DNA of 32,000 bases from Desulfobacterales bacterium. GTDB lineage: Bacteria > Desulfobacterota > Desulfobacteria > Desulfobacterales > JAFDDL01. This document shows, piece by piece, positions 8,732-15,653 of this stretch (positions are counted from its first letter, which is position 1; each line of letters begins with the position of its first letter). The notes under the pieces are model-generated. The model was not told the origin of the DNA. It did not search any database and saw only the letters and a program-made list of their open reading frames with translations. Position numbers and translations under genes: made by a program. The stretch lies in contig CAXXKH010000003.1 of assembly GCA_963677545.2 (NCBI GenBank), positions 672,563 to 704,562 of the forward strand, read 5' to 3'.

Positions 8732-9925
8732 CTATGATGAATATTGAGTCAGCAATTTTGGATTTAGCACCCTGACATTCTCGTCCTCTAAGGCGACAAT
8801 TTCGTTTTTCCGCCATTCCGTAATTATTTCCCGCAGGTTTTCCGGCCAAAGACCGCATTGTCTTGCCAGCCACGTCACGTGTATGGGTTTTGTCCCCTCA
8901 TCCGAGGCGTCGAGAAGTACATTGGCCACGGCTGAGGGCGATGGTGCAGTAATATTTTTATATCCCTGAATCTGACGTCTCAGTCGAGTGCCGAGCAGTC
9001 TGCAGATTTGCAGCGCCTTATCTCTGCTGTGCTCCAGCTGCTTCATAAACATCTCCTTGCTCCAGACCATTACATCCACTTCGTTGGAGTAGGGGACGAT
9101 TGTGGTTGTCCGTGCACCGCCATCGAGCAGGGATAGTTCACCGAAGATGTTGCCTTTGGAAATCAGAAAGTCCTTTTCCCCAATACGGTTGAACTGATTC
9201 CGTTCGGGAATAATGTCGTTGCCGTTTTTATCGGTCGGCAAGACCCTGATGGAACCCCTGAGGATAAAAAACGCGTCATCTCCCGCTTCCCCCTTCTGGG
9301 CAATAATTTCTCCCTCTTGATATATTTTCCGGACATTAGAGTCCTGAAGAATGATTTCGGAGGAAAAATCAAAAATTTCCCGGGAGCGCGGAGGAATTTT
9401 ATCCCAGCTTAGAAAAGCCGGTGTCATGGGAACTTGCAGTCCCGGTGATTCAAAATCGTTTCCGAGCCGTTTTGCGTTGAATGCGCGCTGGAGCAAGCGC
9501 ATGAGCGGAGGGTGCAGGGTTGCGACAACATGCCTGGCCCCCATTTTGCGCATGCTATGGACTGCCATTTTGAAGAGCCCGATAAGCAGCCCTGGATAAC
9601 TCCTGAATTCTTTTAATACGCAGAGCCACCCGAAACAGGCACACCTGCCTTCCAGATCTTTGATAAAAGGTCTGAAATCAAAATGTTCGTCTGCCGGGAA
9701 ACCGGCTGGGCTGTCCATGACCACACGGATTGTTCCGATTGGTTCTGCATCCTTGAAGGCAATGATATTCAGCGTTTCGTCAAAGCTGTCGAACATATCG
9801 AGAATGTAGGGGGTCTGGTGGGGAAATCGCCGCTCCTGCTCGACGAACACTCTGTGACGCAGTTTAAAAACGGTTTCCTTGTCCTCCGAGGATTCAGCAA
9901 CTTTGAACACGATCGGCATGAGCAA
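8732..9925 (-). CDS. Fusion protein: GNAT-type N-acyltransferase (PEP-CTERM-associated N-acyl amino acid synthase-like) + cyclic-nucleotide-binding domain + CRP-like wHTH
   Basis: SD AGGAGGG precedes the ATG. N-terminus FKVAESSEDKETVFKLRHRVFVEQERRF...IGTIRVV...CFGWLCVLKEFRSYPGLLIGLFK. Middle IYQEGEIIAQKGEAGDDAFFILRGSIRV...IFGELSLLDGGARTTTIV (cNMP phosphate-binding cassette). C-terminus VTWLARQCGLWPENLREIITEWRKNEIV (HTH-like). Confidence 0.7.
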   Translation of the reverse strand: MLMPIVFKVAESSEDKETVFKLRHRVFVEQERRFPHQTPYILDMFDSFDETLNIIAFKDAEPIGTIRVVMDSPAGFPADEHFDFRPFIKDLEGRCACFGWLCVLKEFRSYPGLLIGLFKMAVHSMRKMGARHVVATLHPPLMRLLQRAFNAKRLGNDFESPGLQVPMTPAFLSWDKIPPRSREIFDFSSEIILQDSNVRKIYQEGEIIAQKGEAGDDAFFILRGSIRVLPTDKNGNDIIPERNQFNRIGEKDFLISKGNIFGELSLLDGGARTTTIVPYSNEVDVMVWSKEMFMKQLEHSRDKALQICRLLGTRLRRQIQGYKNITAPSPSAVANVLLDASDEGTKPIHVTWLARQCGLWPENLREIITEWRKNEIVALEDENVRVLNPKLLTQYSS

Positions 9926-10009
9926 CCCTCCTGGAATTTTTGATTTGTACTTTTGGATTAATATAAGTATCAGATGTTTTCAATAATTTTTTTCTATGTT
10001 TTCTTATCT

Positions 10010-10218
10010 CCCGTTTCGTTCAAGATCGTGAGAGACCGCCGGGAACTACCTGAAAAGCAGAAAAATAATCTCGCGCAGAGCCGCAGAGCCGCCGAGAACT
10101 GCAAAAGAAGCTATTGCATTTCGCTGATCGCGAAATACAATAAAGGCATTCCCACTGGAAAGGAGCGCCTGCCGCAGGCATCGAGGTTTTTCTTTGCCGA
10201 GGCGTCCCTGTCTTGTAA
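10010..10218 (+). repeat. Modular hairpin repeat, copy with L-type arm variants, H1 hairpin and truncated H4
   Basis: TTCGTTCAAGATCGTGAGAGACCGCCGGGAAC, then TCGCGCAGAGCCGCAGAGCCGCCGAGAAC, then ATTGCATTTCGCTGATCGCGAAATACAAT, then GCATTCCC..GGAAAGG, then GCCGCAGGCATCGAGGTTTTTCTTTGCCGAG. Confidence 0.7.
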
Positions 10219-10304
10219 TCCATGTGCAAATAGGAATAGCCAACTATCGATGGAGTGATGATAACCAGCTTTACATTAAATTTAATACCTGATAGTTTTG
10301 TGTT

Positions 10305-10616
10305 ATGGAAAAAGCTGCTAAGGAGACTTTTAAAAAGGTTGTTACGGAACAATTTCCAGTCAATCAGAAGCGAGGGGGAGGCATAGTTAAAATCGAGGCT
10401 TGGGAAAATGAAAAGGGTGAAATCGTTAAATACAGTATGGCATACATCAATCCTTTCATTTTTCCGGAGGATAATGGCCGTGTGGTTGGGTATGACAACA
10501 CACATAATTTTCATCATCGCCACTTTTTCGGAGAACTATCTGAAATAAAAGATTTTTCAAGCTATCAGGAATTGTTAAATCGTTTCGAAAAAGAGCTTAA
10601 GGAGTTCATTGAATGA
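10305..10616 (+). CDS. DUF6516/TumE-like putative toxin
   Basis: 103 aa with GYDNTHNFHHRHFFGE motif (compare RYDDTPHFPKLNSFPNHKH at 31357..31587). 4-nt ATGA overlap with the downstream wHTH gene. Confidence 0.5.
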   Translation: MEKAAKETFKKVVTEQFPVNQKRGGGIVKIEAWENEKGEIVKYSMAYINPFIFPEDNGRVVGYDNTHNFHHRHFFGELSEIKDFSSYQELLNRFEKELKEFIE

Positions 10617-10987
10617 GTGTAGAATTAAGACCTGGATTGTTATCCGATTTTTTTGCATCTGCGAAGGCAACCGCAAAAGAGATCGACGAGGGCAAAAAAG
10701 TAACGAAAAAAAATATTATTTGGGTCGAGCCATCCGATCTTATGGCCATATTAAAGCCGGAAAGGACGCGATTAGTTCGGTATTTAAAGAAAAAGCAACG
10801 GGTGGTTTTTTCAGAACTGATGTCTGAAATGCAGCGTACACCGGTCAGTTTAAATAACGACTTGAAAATATTATCCCAATACCAATTGGTTAGAATATTC
10901 AAGGAATCCAATGCCGGACATGGAATGCATAAGGTCATCGAGGCAACCTACGGTAACGAAAATATTGAGTTTAAGGCTGTGATTTGA
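10613..10987 (+). CDS. wHTH DNA-binding protein (TumA / HVO_A0114-like putative antitoxin-regulator)
   Basis: Translationally coupled to 10305..10616. Layout IIWVEPSDLMAILKPERTRLVRYLKKKQRVVFSELMSEMQRTPVSLNNDLKILSQYQLV fits a MarR-like winged helix. Confidence 0.5.
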   Translation: MSVELRPGLLSDFFASAKATAKEIDEGKKVTKKNIIWVEPSDLMAILKPERTRLVRYLKKKQRVVFSELMSEMQRTPVSLNNDLKILSQYQLVRIFKESNAGHGMHKVIEATYGNENIEFKAVI

Positions 10988-11002
10988 AAACTGAAAAGGG
11001 TA

Positions 11003-11157
11003 TTACATCTCGTTGACTACGAATTACATTAGTGCGTTTCTTATAGATAGGGAGAACCTTGCAGCAGGCATAGATGGTTTTGCTTGCCGAGTGTTCCAGG
11101 CAAAAATATCTTTTCTTGGCGCCTCTTTGCGTTCTTGAACGAAGTGGGCGGTGAGAA
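11003..11157 (+). repeat. Modular hairpin repeat, degenerate H1/H2 plus H3, H4 and R arm
   Basis: ...GCAGCAGGCATAGATGGTTTTGCTTGCCGAGTGTTCCAGGCAAAAATATCTTTTCTTGGCGCCTCTTTGCGTTCTTGAACGAAGTGGGCGGTGAGAA. Confidence 0.65.
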
Positions 11158-11202
11158 GGGCTTAGAAAAACATTATTTTTCAAAAAAGACTGACGTTTTT
11201 TA

Positions 11203-11460
11203 ATGGTAACAAAGCGAAAAATACTTCAGAAATTGCTTTCAGGGTCAAAAAATATCCGATTTTCTGATATGATAACCCTTGTTGAAGCTTTTGGTTTTCA
11301 GCTTTCTCGTACCAATGGAAGTCATAATGTTTTCGTTCATCCTGACATCCCGGAACTTATCAATCTTCAAGAGGTGAAAGGGAAAGTCAAACCATATCAG
11401 GTTCGTCAATTCCTGAAACTAATAGAGCGAAACAACTTGAGCTTGGAGGAGTATAAATGA
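11203..11460 (+). CDS. hicA: HicA-family toxin
   Basis: FGFQLSRTNGSHNVFVHPD...LQEVKGKVKPYQVRQFLKLIE matches the HicA GSH core. ATGA overlap with the hicB-like gene. Confidence 0.75.
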   Translation: MVTKRKILQKLLSGSKNIRFSDMITLVEAFGFQLSRTNGSHNVFVHPDIPELINLQEVKGKVKPYQVRQFLKLIERNNLSLEEYK

Positions 11461-11681
11461 GAGATTACCACATAAATATTTTCTATTCCGAAGAGGATGG
11501 TGGATACATTGCCGACATTCCGGATTTGAATGCTTGCTCTGCCTACGGTAATACCCCCGAAGAGGCGCTTTGCGAAGTTCAAAAAGCGAAAACGATTTGG
11601 CTGCAAACCGCTCGTGATAGTAAAAGACCGATCCCCCTTCCGAAATACAGACCTGTTATCTATCAAGCATCATGTGCTTAG
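11457..11681 (+). CDS. hicB: HicB-family antitoxin (short form)
   Basis: YHINIFYSEEDGGYIADIPDLNACSAYGNTPEEALCEVQKAKTIWL is the typical HicB N-terminal fold. Coupled to hicA. Confidence 0.75.
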   Translation: MRDYHINIFYSEEDGGYIADIPDLNACSAYGNTPEEALCEVQKAKTIWLQTARDSKRPIPLPKYRPVIYQASCA

Positions 11682-11758
11682 TGATATGACGATTTTTCGA
11701 TCGAGATCTCAAAGGGCTTTTTATGTCTGTCGTGTGAACTACCTTTTTTTATAAGAAT

Positions 11759-11817
11759 TGTTTACCGGCCACTCCGCCTCGACATCGGGACTACGCTAAA
11801 GGGTGCCAAGGGCCGCT
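11759..11817 (+). repeat. L-arm fragment of the modular repeat
   Basis: TGTTTACCGGCCACTCCGCCTCGACATCGGGACTACGCTAAAGGGTGCCAAGGGCCGC, compared with 12518..12575 TTTTTTACCGCCCACTACGCCCTGTCGGACTTCGTTCAAGGCCGCCAAGGACCGCC. Confidence 0.55.
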
Positions 11818-11984
11818 TAGATTGACAAAGGCTGGTTGCATAGGAAATATTTGCCTGATAGAAAGATAAAAGATAAATTGCATTCGAAACTACCGCGGAT
11901 TTGGGAATAGTAACTTTGAATTAATTGAGTATGGACATTCAGATTATTATTCTGTTCCATAACTATTGAAAGGTAAGTGAGAGC

Positions 11985-12305
11985 ATGATGTCAACTCAGG
12001 ACAAGAAAATCCTTGAACTTTTTACGGCACGAGTTCGAGACCTGTACAAGGACGCACGGGTTTGGGCCTATGGATCACGCGTACGGGGGGATGCAACCTG
12101 GGAGTCCGATTTTGATATTTTTATACTCTTGCCGAAAAAGGATGAATTTGCAGAGACAAAGATCAGGAATATCGGTTGGGAGATTGGCTTTGAACATGAA
12201 AGAGTTCTTACCACCGTGATAATGGAGCAAAATCAATTTGAGCATGGTCCCATGTCTGAGAGCACTCTTGTTAAAAATATCCTGCATGAAGGCCTGGAAG
12301 CGTGA
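11985..12305 (+). CDS. MNT-type nucleotidyltransferase antitoxin
   Basis: AYGSRVRGDATWESDFDIFILL (GS...D.D polymerase-beta-type NTase motif). 4-nt overlap with the HEPN gene. Confidence 0.75.
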   Translation: MMSTQDKKILELFTARVRDLYKDARVWAYGSRVRGDATWESDFDIFILLPKKDEFAETKIRNIGWEIGFEHERVLTTVIMEQNQFEHGPMSESTLVKNILHEGLEA

Positions 12306-12484
12306 CCTCTGAAAACATAAAAGCGTTGGTCCGGTATCGGCTTGAACAATCCGACGAGTCTATTAAAGCTGCGGTTTTGTTACTCCAAGAGGGCATCCCG
12401 AGACGCTCGGTCAACAACTCCTACTATGCTATGTTTTATGCCGTCATGGCGCTTCTTTGCGATCTTAAGCGAAGCGAGCGGTGA
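12302..12484 (+). pseudogene. HEPN-domain toxin gene truncated after ~51 codons by a repeat R arm
   Basis: The native part ...LLLQEGIPRRSVNNSYYAMFYAVMALL is a typical HEPN first half. The last codons CDLKRSER* are encoded by the repeat GGCGCTTCTTTGCGATCTTAAGCGAAGCGAGCGGTGA. The C-terminal half, where HEPN proteins carry the Rx4-6H motif, is absent. Confidence 0.65.
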
Positions 12485-12487
12485 GAT
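12448..12487 (+). repeat. R arm of the modular repeat (forms the 3' end of the truncated HEPN ORF)
   Basis: GGCGCTTCTTTGCGATCTTAAGCGAAGCGAGCGGTGAGA, compared with 15724..15762 GGCGCTTCTTTGCGATCTTGAGTGAAACGGGCGGTGAAA. Confidence 0.7.
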
Positions 12488-12517
12488 AGCAGTTATTTTT
12501 TGGCTTTTATGATATTG

Positions 12518-12665
12518 TTTTTTACCGCCCACTACGCCCTGTCGGACTTCGTTCAAGGCCGCCAAGGACCGCCAAGGCCGCCAAAGGCGGCTAAAAGCTG
12601 CAAGGTGCTATTGTATTTCGCTGGTCACGAAATACAATGAGAGCATTCCCTTCGGGAAGAGGGAG
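12518..12665 (+). repeat. Modular repeat, L arm through H2, right half missing
   Basis: TTTTTTACCGCCCAC...CTTCGTTCAAGGCCGCCAAGGACCGCCAAGGCCGCCAAAGGCGGCTAAAAGCTGCAAGG..ATTGTATTTCGCTGGTCACGAAATACAAT..GCATTCCCTTCGGGAAGAGGG. Confidence 0.7.
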
Positions 12666-12798
12666 CAGATATGTTTTTCTCAGCGGTTTGCTTGAATTGA
12701 TGGGCTTCGCACTGTATGTGGAAAATATTCTGTTGACAAAATGCCCTGTAGATTTACATTTGAAATGTACGAAAATATAACGAATTTATATTATTATA

Positions 12799-12956
12799 GT
12801 GAACGTTACAGAACTCAGGAAACATATATCTGCATATATGAATAAGGTAAAAGCAGGTGAAGAGGTGGAGATAACGTCTCGGGGCAAGGTTATTGCGAGG
12901 CTGGTTCCGGAGGTGGATGAAAGCCGCGCTGCACGCATGCGTCTGGCTTCTATTAG
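12799..12956 (+). pseudogene. Truncated orphan copy of the Phd/YefM-type antitoxin gene at 14387..14626
   Basis: 12713..12956 aligns with 14303..14553 (promoter, operator and the first ~53 codons: NVTELRKHISAYMNKVKAGEEVEITSRGKVIARLVPEVDESRAARMRLASI). The SD and ATG are lost and homology stops at 12956. No cognate PIN gene follows. Confidence 0.6.
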
Positions 12957-13000
12957 TCTCTATGGTGAGCACTCAAAAAGAAGTTGCTATTTATTAAAAA

Positions 13001-13390
13001 TCAAATTTTCCAACCACGTTGAACAACAATTTCGGGCAAGGGGTAATGTTTGGTGTTTAATGTATAAATCTTACCTCCGGTTTGTATGACGGTGGCAGCC
13101 AGAATCGCATCGTTCACGTCCATGCCATGGCTCGGATTCCAGCGACGATAAAGCTCTCCTGCCTTATCGATAATAGTCTGGTCGACCTGTTCGGTTTTAA
13201 ATTGCGATAAAAACAGCAAAGTGGCTTTTTCTTCAACCGGGCGCATAAAAAACACCACTTCGGCGCGCTGCATGGTACCGATCCAGAGTTCCATCTTTTC
13301 TCTGTCGCGCAGTTTTTTAAGTAAGTTGAGAGCGTTCCGTTCACCGCGCAAATGCCATATGAGAATATCCGAATCGATAAACGCTTTCAT
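13001..13390 (-). CDS. vapC: PIN-domain toxin (VapC-like)
   Basis: MKAFIDSDILIWHL...MDVNDAILAATVIQTGGKIYTLNTKHY shows the PIN acidic residues. 4-nt overlap with the upstream antitoxin gene. Confidence 0.75.
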   Translation of the reverse strand: MKAFIDSDILIWHLRGERNALNLLKKLRDREKMELWIGTMQRAEVVFFMRPVEEKATLLFLSQFKTEQVDQTIIDKAGELYRRWNPSHGMDVNDAILAATVIQTGGKIYTLNTKHYPLPEIVVQRGWKI

Positions 13391-13644
13391 CGCTTATATC
13401 TTTCCTGGGATATGCGCATTGTTGTCTTGATTCGTGTAATCGTATCGTCCGCGGATTCGTCACGTTGCCAGCTGCCAAACGTTTGGACCAAGAGATCCAG
13501 ATCTTTCTCCGAAGCGATTTTTTCCGCATAGGCCTGGACAGCGTTTTCGAGGACAGCTTTTTTTGATGTCCCCAGTTTTTGAGCCAGCATACCGATTTTC
13601 CGAATCACCGCTTCATCCATACGAGTTGACATTATTTTATCCAT
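13387..13644 (-). CDS. Antitoxin partner of the PIN toxin (RHH/VapB-like)
   Basis: Start moved from 13803 to ATG 13644, preceded by AGGAGG. The longer ORF N-terminus is repeat-encoded. MDKIMSTRMDEAVIRKIGMLAQKLGTSKKAVLENAVQAYAEK. Confidence 0.65.
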   Translation of the reverse strand: MDKIMSTRMDEAVIRKIGMLAQKLGTSKKAVLENAVQAYAEKIASEKDLDLLVQTFGSWQRDESADDTITRIKTTMRISQERYKR

Positions 13645-13672
13645 TTCGAACACCTCCTGTGTATATGTAAGA

Positions 13673-13701
13673 AAGATAACGTAAGATTGTTTAATTGTCA
13701 A
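13673..13701 (-). promoter_or_regulatory. Candidate sigma-70 promoter for the antitoxin-PIN operon
   Basis: On the minus strand: TTGACA (13701..13696), 17 nt, TATCTT (13678..13673), about 30 nt upstream of ATG 13644. Confidence 0.35.
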
Positions 13702-13728
13702 CGGATCATGGTTGAATTGAATGTTACA

Positions 13729-13808
13729 GCGCTTTTGGGATCCTCTCTGCGATCTTGAGCGAAGCCCTGTGCCCCTTGTGCCGGGGAGGCAGGCAGTGAG
13801 CATGCAGT
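13729..13808 (+). repeat. R arm of the modular repeat, long variant with extra GC hairpin
   Basis: TTTTGGGATCCTCTCTGCGATCTTGAGCGAAGCCCTGTGCCCCTTGTGCCGGGGAGGCAGGCAGTGAGCATGCAG, compared with 14137..14206. Confidence 0.6.
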
Positions 13809-13964
13809 AGCATTTAAGCCGTTGATGTTGATTTTATTTATGCGGTAAGATCGATGCCCTGACAAGGCGTTGACTATAGTCATTGACCATAGTACCAAAT
13901 GAATAACGCTTATTTGCGATTTGAAGGCATAAATATAGTTGTTTTAAGCCTTTGTGATAAGAAC

Positions 13965-14206
13965 TTTTTACCGCCCACTTCGTTCAAGACCGCCAAGAAC
14001 CGCCAAGAACAACAAGTGCACATTGTATTTCGCTGATCGCGAAAAACAATGGGTGCATTCCCTCCAGGAAGGTAGTGCATGCCGCAGGCATCAAATTTTT
14101 TCTTGGCCGAGATGTCTCCGGCAAACAAAAAGATCTTTTCTTGGCCTTCCTTCCCGACCTTGAGCGAAGCCCCGACGCCGGGGCAGGTAAGGCGGTGAGA
14201 ATGCAG
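13965..14206 (+). repeat. Complete ~240-bp copy of the modular repeat (L arm, H1-H4 hairpins, R arm); reference copy
   Basis: The L arm TTTTACCGCCCACTTCGTTCAAGACCGCCAAGAA is the inverted complement of the consensus R arm end (..TTCTTGGCGCTTCTTTGCGATCTTGAACGAAGTGGGCGGTGAAAA in other copies). Internal hairpins: ATTGTATTTCGC-TGATC-GCGAAAAACAAT, TTCCC-TCCA-GGAA, ATGCC-GCA-GGCAT and TTGGCCGAG-ATGTCT-CCGGCAAA. Confidence 0.75.
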
Positions 14207-14324
14207 TTTTTTGCTCGACCAAGCGGGTCAGGAAATTTATGGCTGTGAGGTTTGAAAGCGTTTTTGGGGGTATCCCGATTTGTCTGAAATGAGGGGCTTT
14301 ATAATGTAAATGGAGAAAATACTA

Positions 14325-14365
14325 TTGACAAAATGCCCTACAGATGTACATTTGAAATGTACATC
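14325..14365 (+). promoter_or_regulatory. Promoter plus perfect 23-bp palindromic operator of the phd-PIN operon
   Basis: TTGACA 14325..14330, 16 nt, TACATT 14347..14352. The palindrome GATGTACATTT-G-AAATGTACATC at 14343..14365 overlaps the -10. Confidence 0.55.
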
Positions 14366-14386
14366 TATAAAATCAAGGTGATTTAT

Positions 14387-14626
14387 ATGATTATAGTAAA
14401 TGTTACAGAGCTTAGAAAACATATACCTGCATATATGAACAAGGTGAAGGCCGGTGAAGAGGTGGCGATAACGTCTAGGGGCAAAGTTGTCGCAAGGTTG
14501 GTTCCGGAGGTAGATGAAAGCCGCGCTGCACGAATGCGCCTGGCTTCAATCAGAAAAGAGAGCTGGGTGGGGGATGTGATCACACCGACCGGTGAGCCGT
14601 GGGAGGCTGACCATGATTCTCCTTGA
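14387..14626 (+). CDS. Phd/YefM-type antitoxin
   Basis: Start moved to ATG 14387, preceded by AAGGTGA. MIIVNVTELRKHIPAYMNKVKAGEEVAITSRGKVVARLVPE is a typical Phd/YefM N-terminus. Overlaps the PIN gene start. Confidence 0.75.
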   Translation: MIIVNVTELRKHIPAYMNKVKAGEEVAITSRGKVVARLVPEVDESRAARMRLASIRKESWVGDVITPTGEPWEADHDSP

Positions 14627-15008
14627 CACCTGTGTCATGATATTCGATGCGCTTACGCCGGAAAAACTCAGTCAGAAGGCCTTCAAGGAACTGGAAAAAG
14701 GCAGACAATCAAATAACCTTGTCTGCAGCGATATTACACTATGGGAAATCGCTATGCTTGTCAGTAAAGAAAGACTGAAGCTTCCTATACCACTTCATGA
14801 TTTTCTGACCGATGTCATATTGGCCAACAGACTGCGGGTGCTTCCCATTGGCCCTGAAATTGCCGCTTTTTCAGCCTGCCACAGCGAATTTATTCATGGC
14901 GATCCAGCTGACAGAATTATCGCGGCAACCGCGTTGCACCACAATGCGGTTCTTCTAACCTGTGATACCAGACTGAGAAAAATAAAAAGCTTGAAAACGA
15001 TGTGGTGA
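14613..15008 (+). CDS. vapC: PIN-domain toxin (VapC-like)
   Basis: MILLDTCVMIFDAL...HGDPADRIIAATALHHNAVLLTCDTRL. ATG 14613 preferred over the upstream alternative start at 14592. Confidence 0.8.
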   Translation: MILLDTCVMIFDALTPEKLSQKAFKELEKGRQSNNLVCSDITLWEIAMLVSKERLKLPIPLHDFLTDVILANRLRVLPIGPEIAAFSACHSEFIHGDPADRIIAATALHHNAVLLTCDTRLRKIKSLKTMW

Positions 15009-15029
15009 TTGAATCGATCTTTTTTTTCA

Positions 15030-15190
15030 GCTCACTTCTCCCTATGGGATAAACTGAGATGCGGTATTGGTGAGAGCTGCAAAAAGCCCTGCCGGAGGCA
15101 TCGAAGTTTTTATTTGCCGAGTTGTCTTCGGCAAACAAAAAATCTTTCCTTCGCGTTTCTTTGCGATCTTGAACGAAGTGGGCGGTGAAA
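15030..15190 (+). repeat. Modular repeat copy lacking H1 (H3, H4 and R arm present)
   Basis: GCTGCAAAAAGCCCTGCCGGAGGCATCGAAGTTTTTATTTGCCGAGTTGTCTTCGGCAAACAAAAAATCTTTCCTTCGCGTTTCTTTGCGATCTTGAACGAAGTGGGCGGTGAAA. Confidence 0.7.
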
Positions 15191-15332
15191 TATTCAGTAT
15201 TTTTTTTGCTTTTCAGTGAAGTCCCTATCATGCATAGATACCTAAATAATTCTGCAAGGTTGTGGTATTTTTTATTTAATGATAAACTGATTTCTTAAGT
15301 CAGAATCCATTAAGGATATTGGCGAGATCGCG

Positions 15333-15653
15333 ATGAATTCGATAACTGAAAACCAGATCGGCAATATGGTGGTTGATGCTGCAATCCAAGTTCATAGAAC
15401 ACTTGGACCGGGACTGCTTGAAAGTGCATATGAAGTATGCCTTACTCATGAATTACGATCACGAGGTGTTACAATTCAAACTCAGGCCGAGTTGCCAATA
15501 ACTTATAAAAATGTCCGGTTGGATGCCGGTTACCGCTTGAATATTCTGATTGAAAATAAGGTTATTATTGAACTGAAGGCGGCTAAAAACTGCAAAAATC
15601 ATATTGCATTTCGCTGGTCACGAAATACAATAAGGTGCATTCCCTTCGGGTAG
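15333..15653 (+). pseudogene. GxxExxY-family (PD-(D/E)XK-like) gene truncated after ...IIELKA by a repeat copy
   Basis: GPGLLESAYEVCLTHELRSRGV...LPITYKNVRLDAGYRLNILIENKVIIELKA is the canonical first ~83 aa. From 15577 the ORF reads through repeat sequence (AKNCKNHIAFRWSRNTIRCIPFG*). The family C-terminus (..YL..G..LGLL.NF..) is absent. Confidence 0.65.

Noticed and set aside
9974-10523. ORFs 9974..10258 (+), 10020..10523 (-) and 10046..10243 (-)
   Set aside because: They are largely encoded by the modular repeat copy at 10010..10218. The 167-aa minus ORF also runs antisense to the better-supported TumE-like gene.
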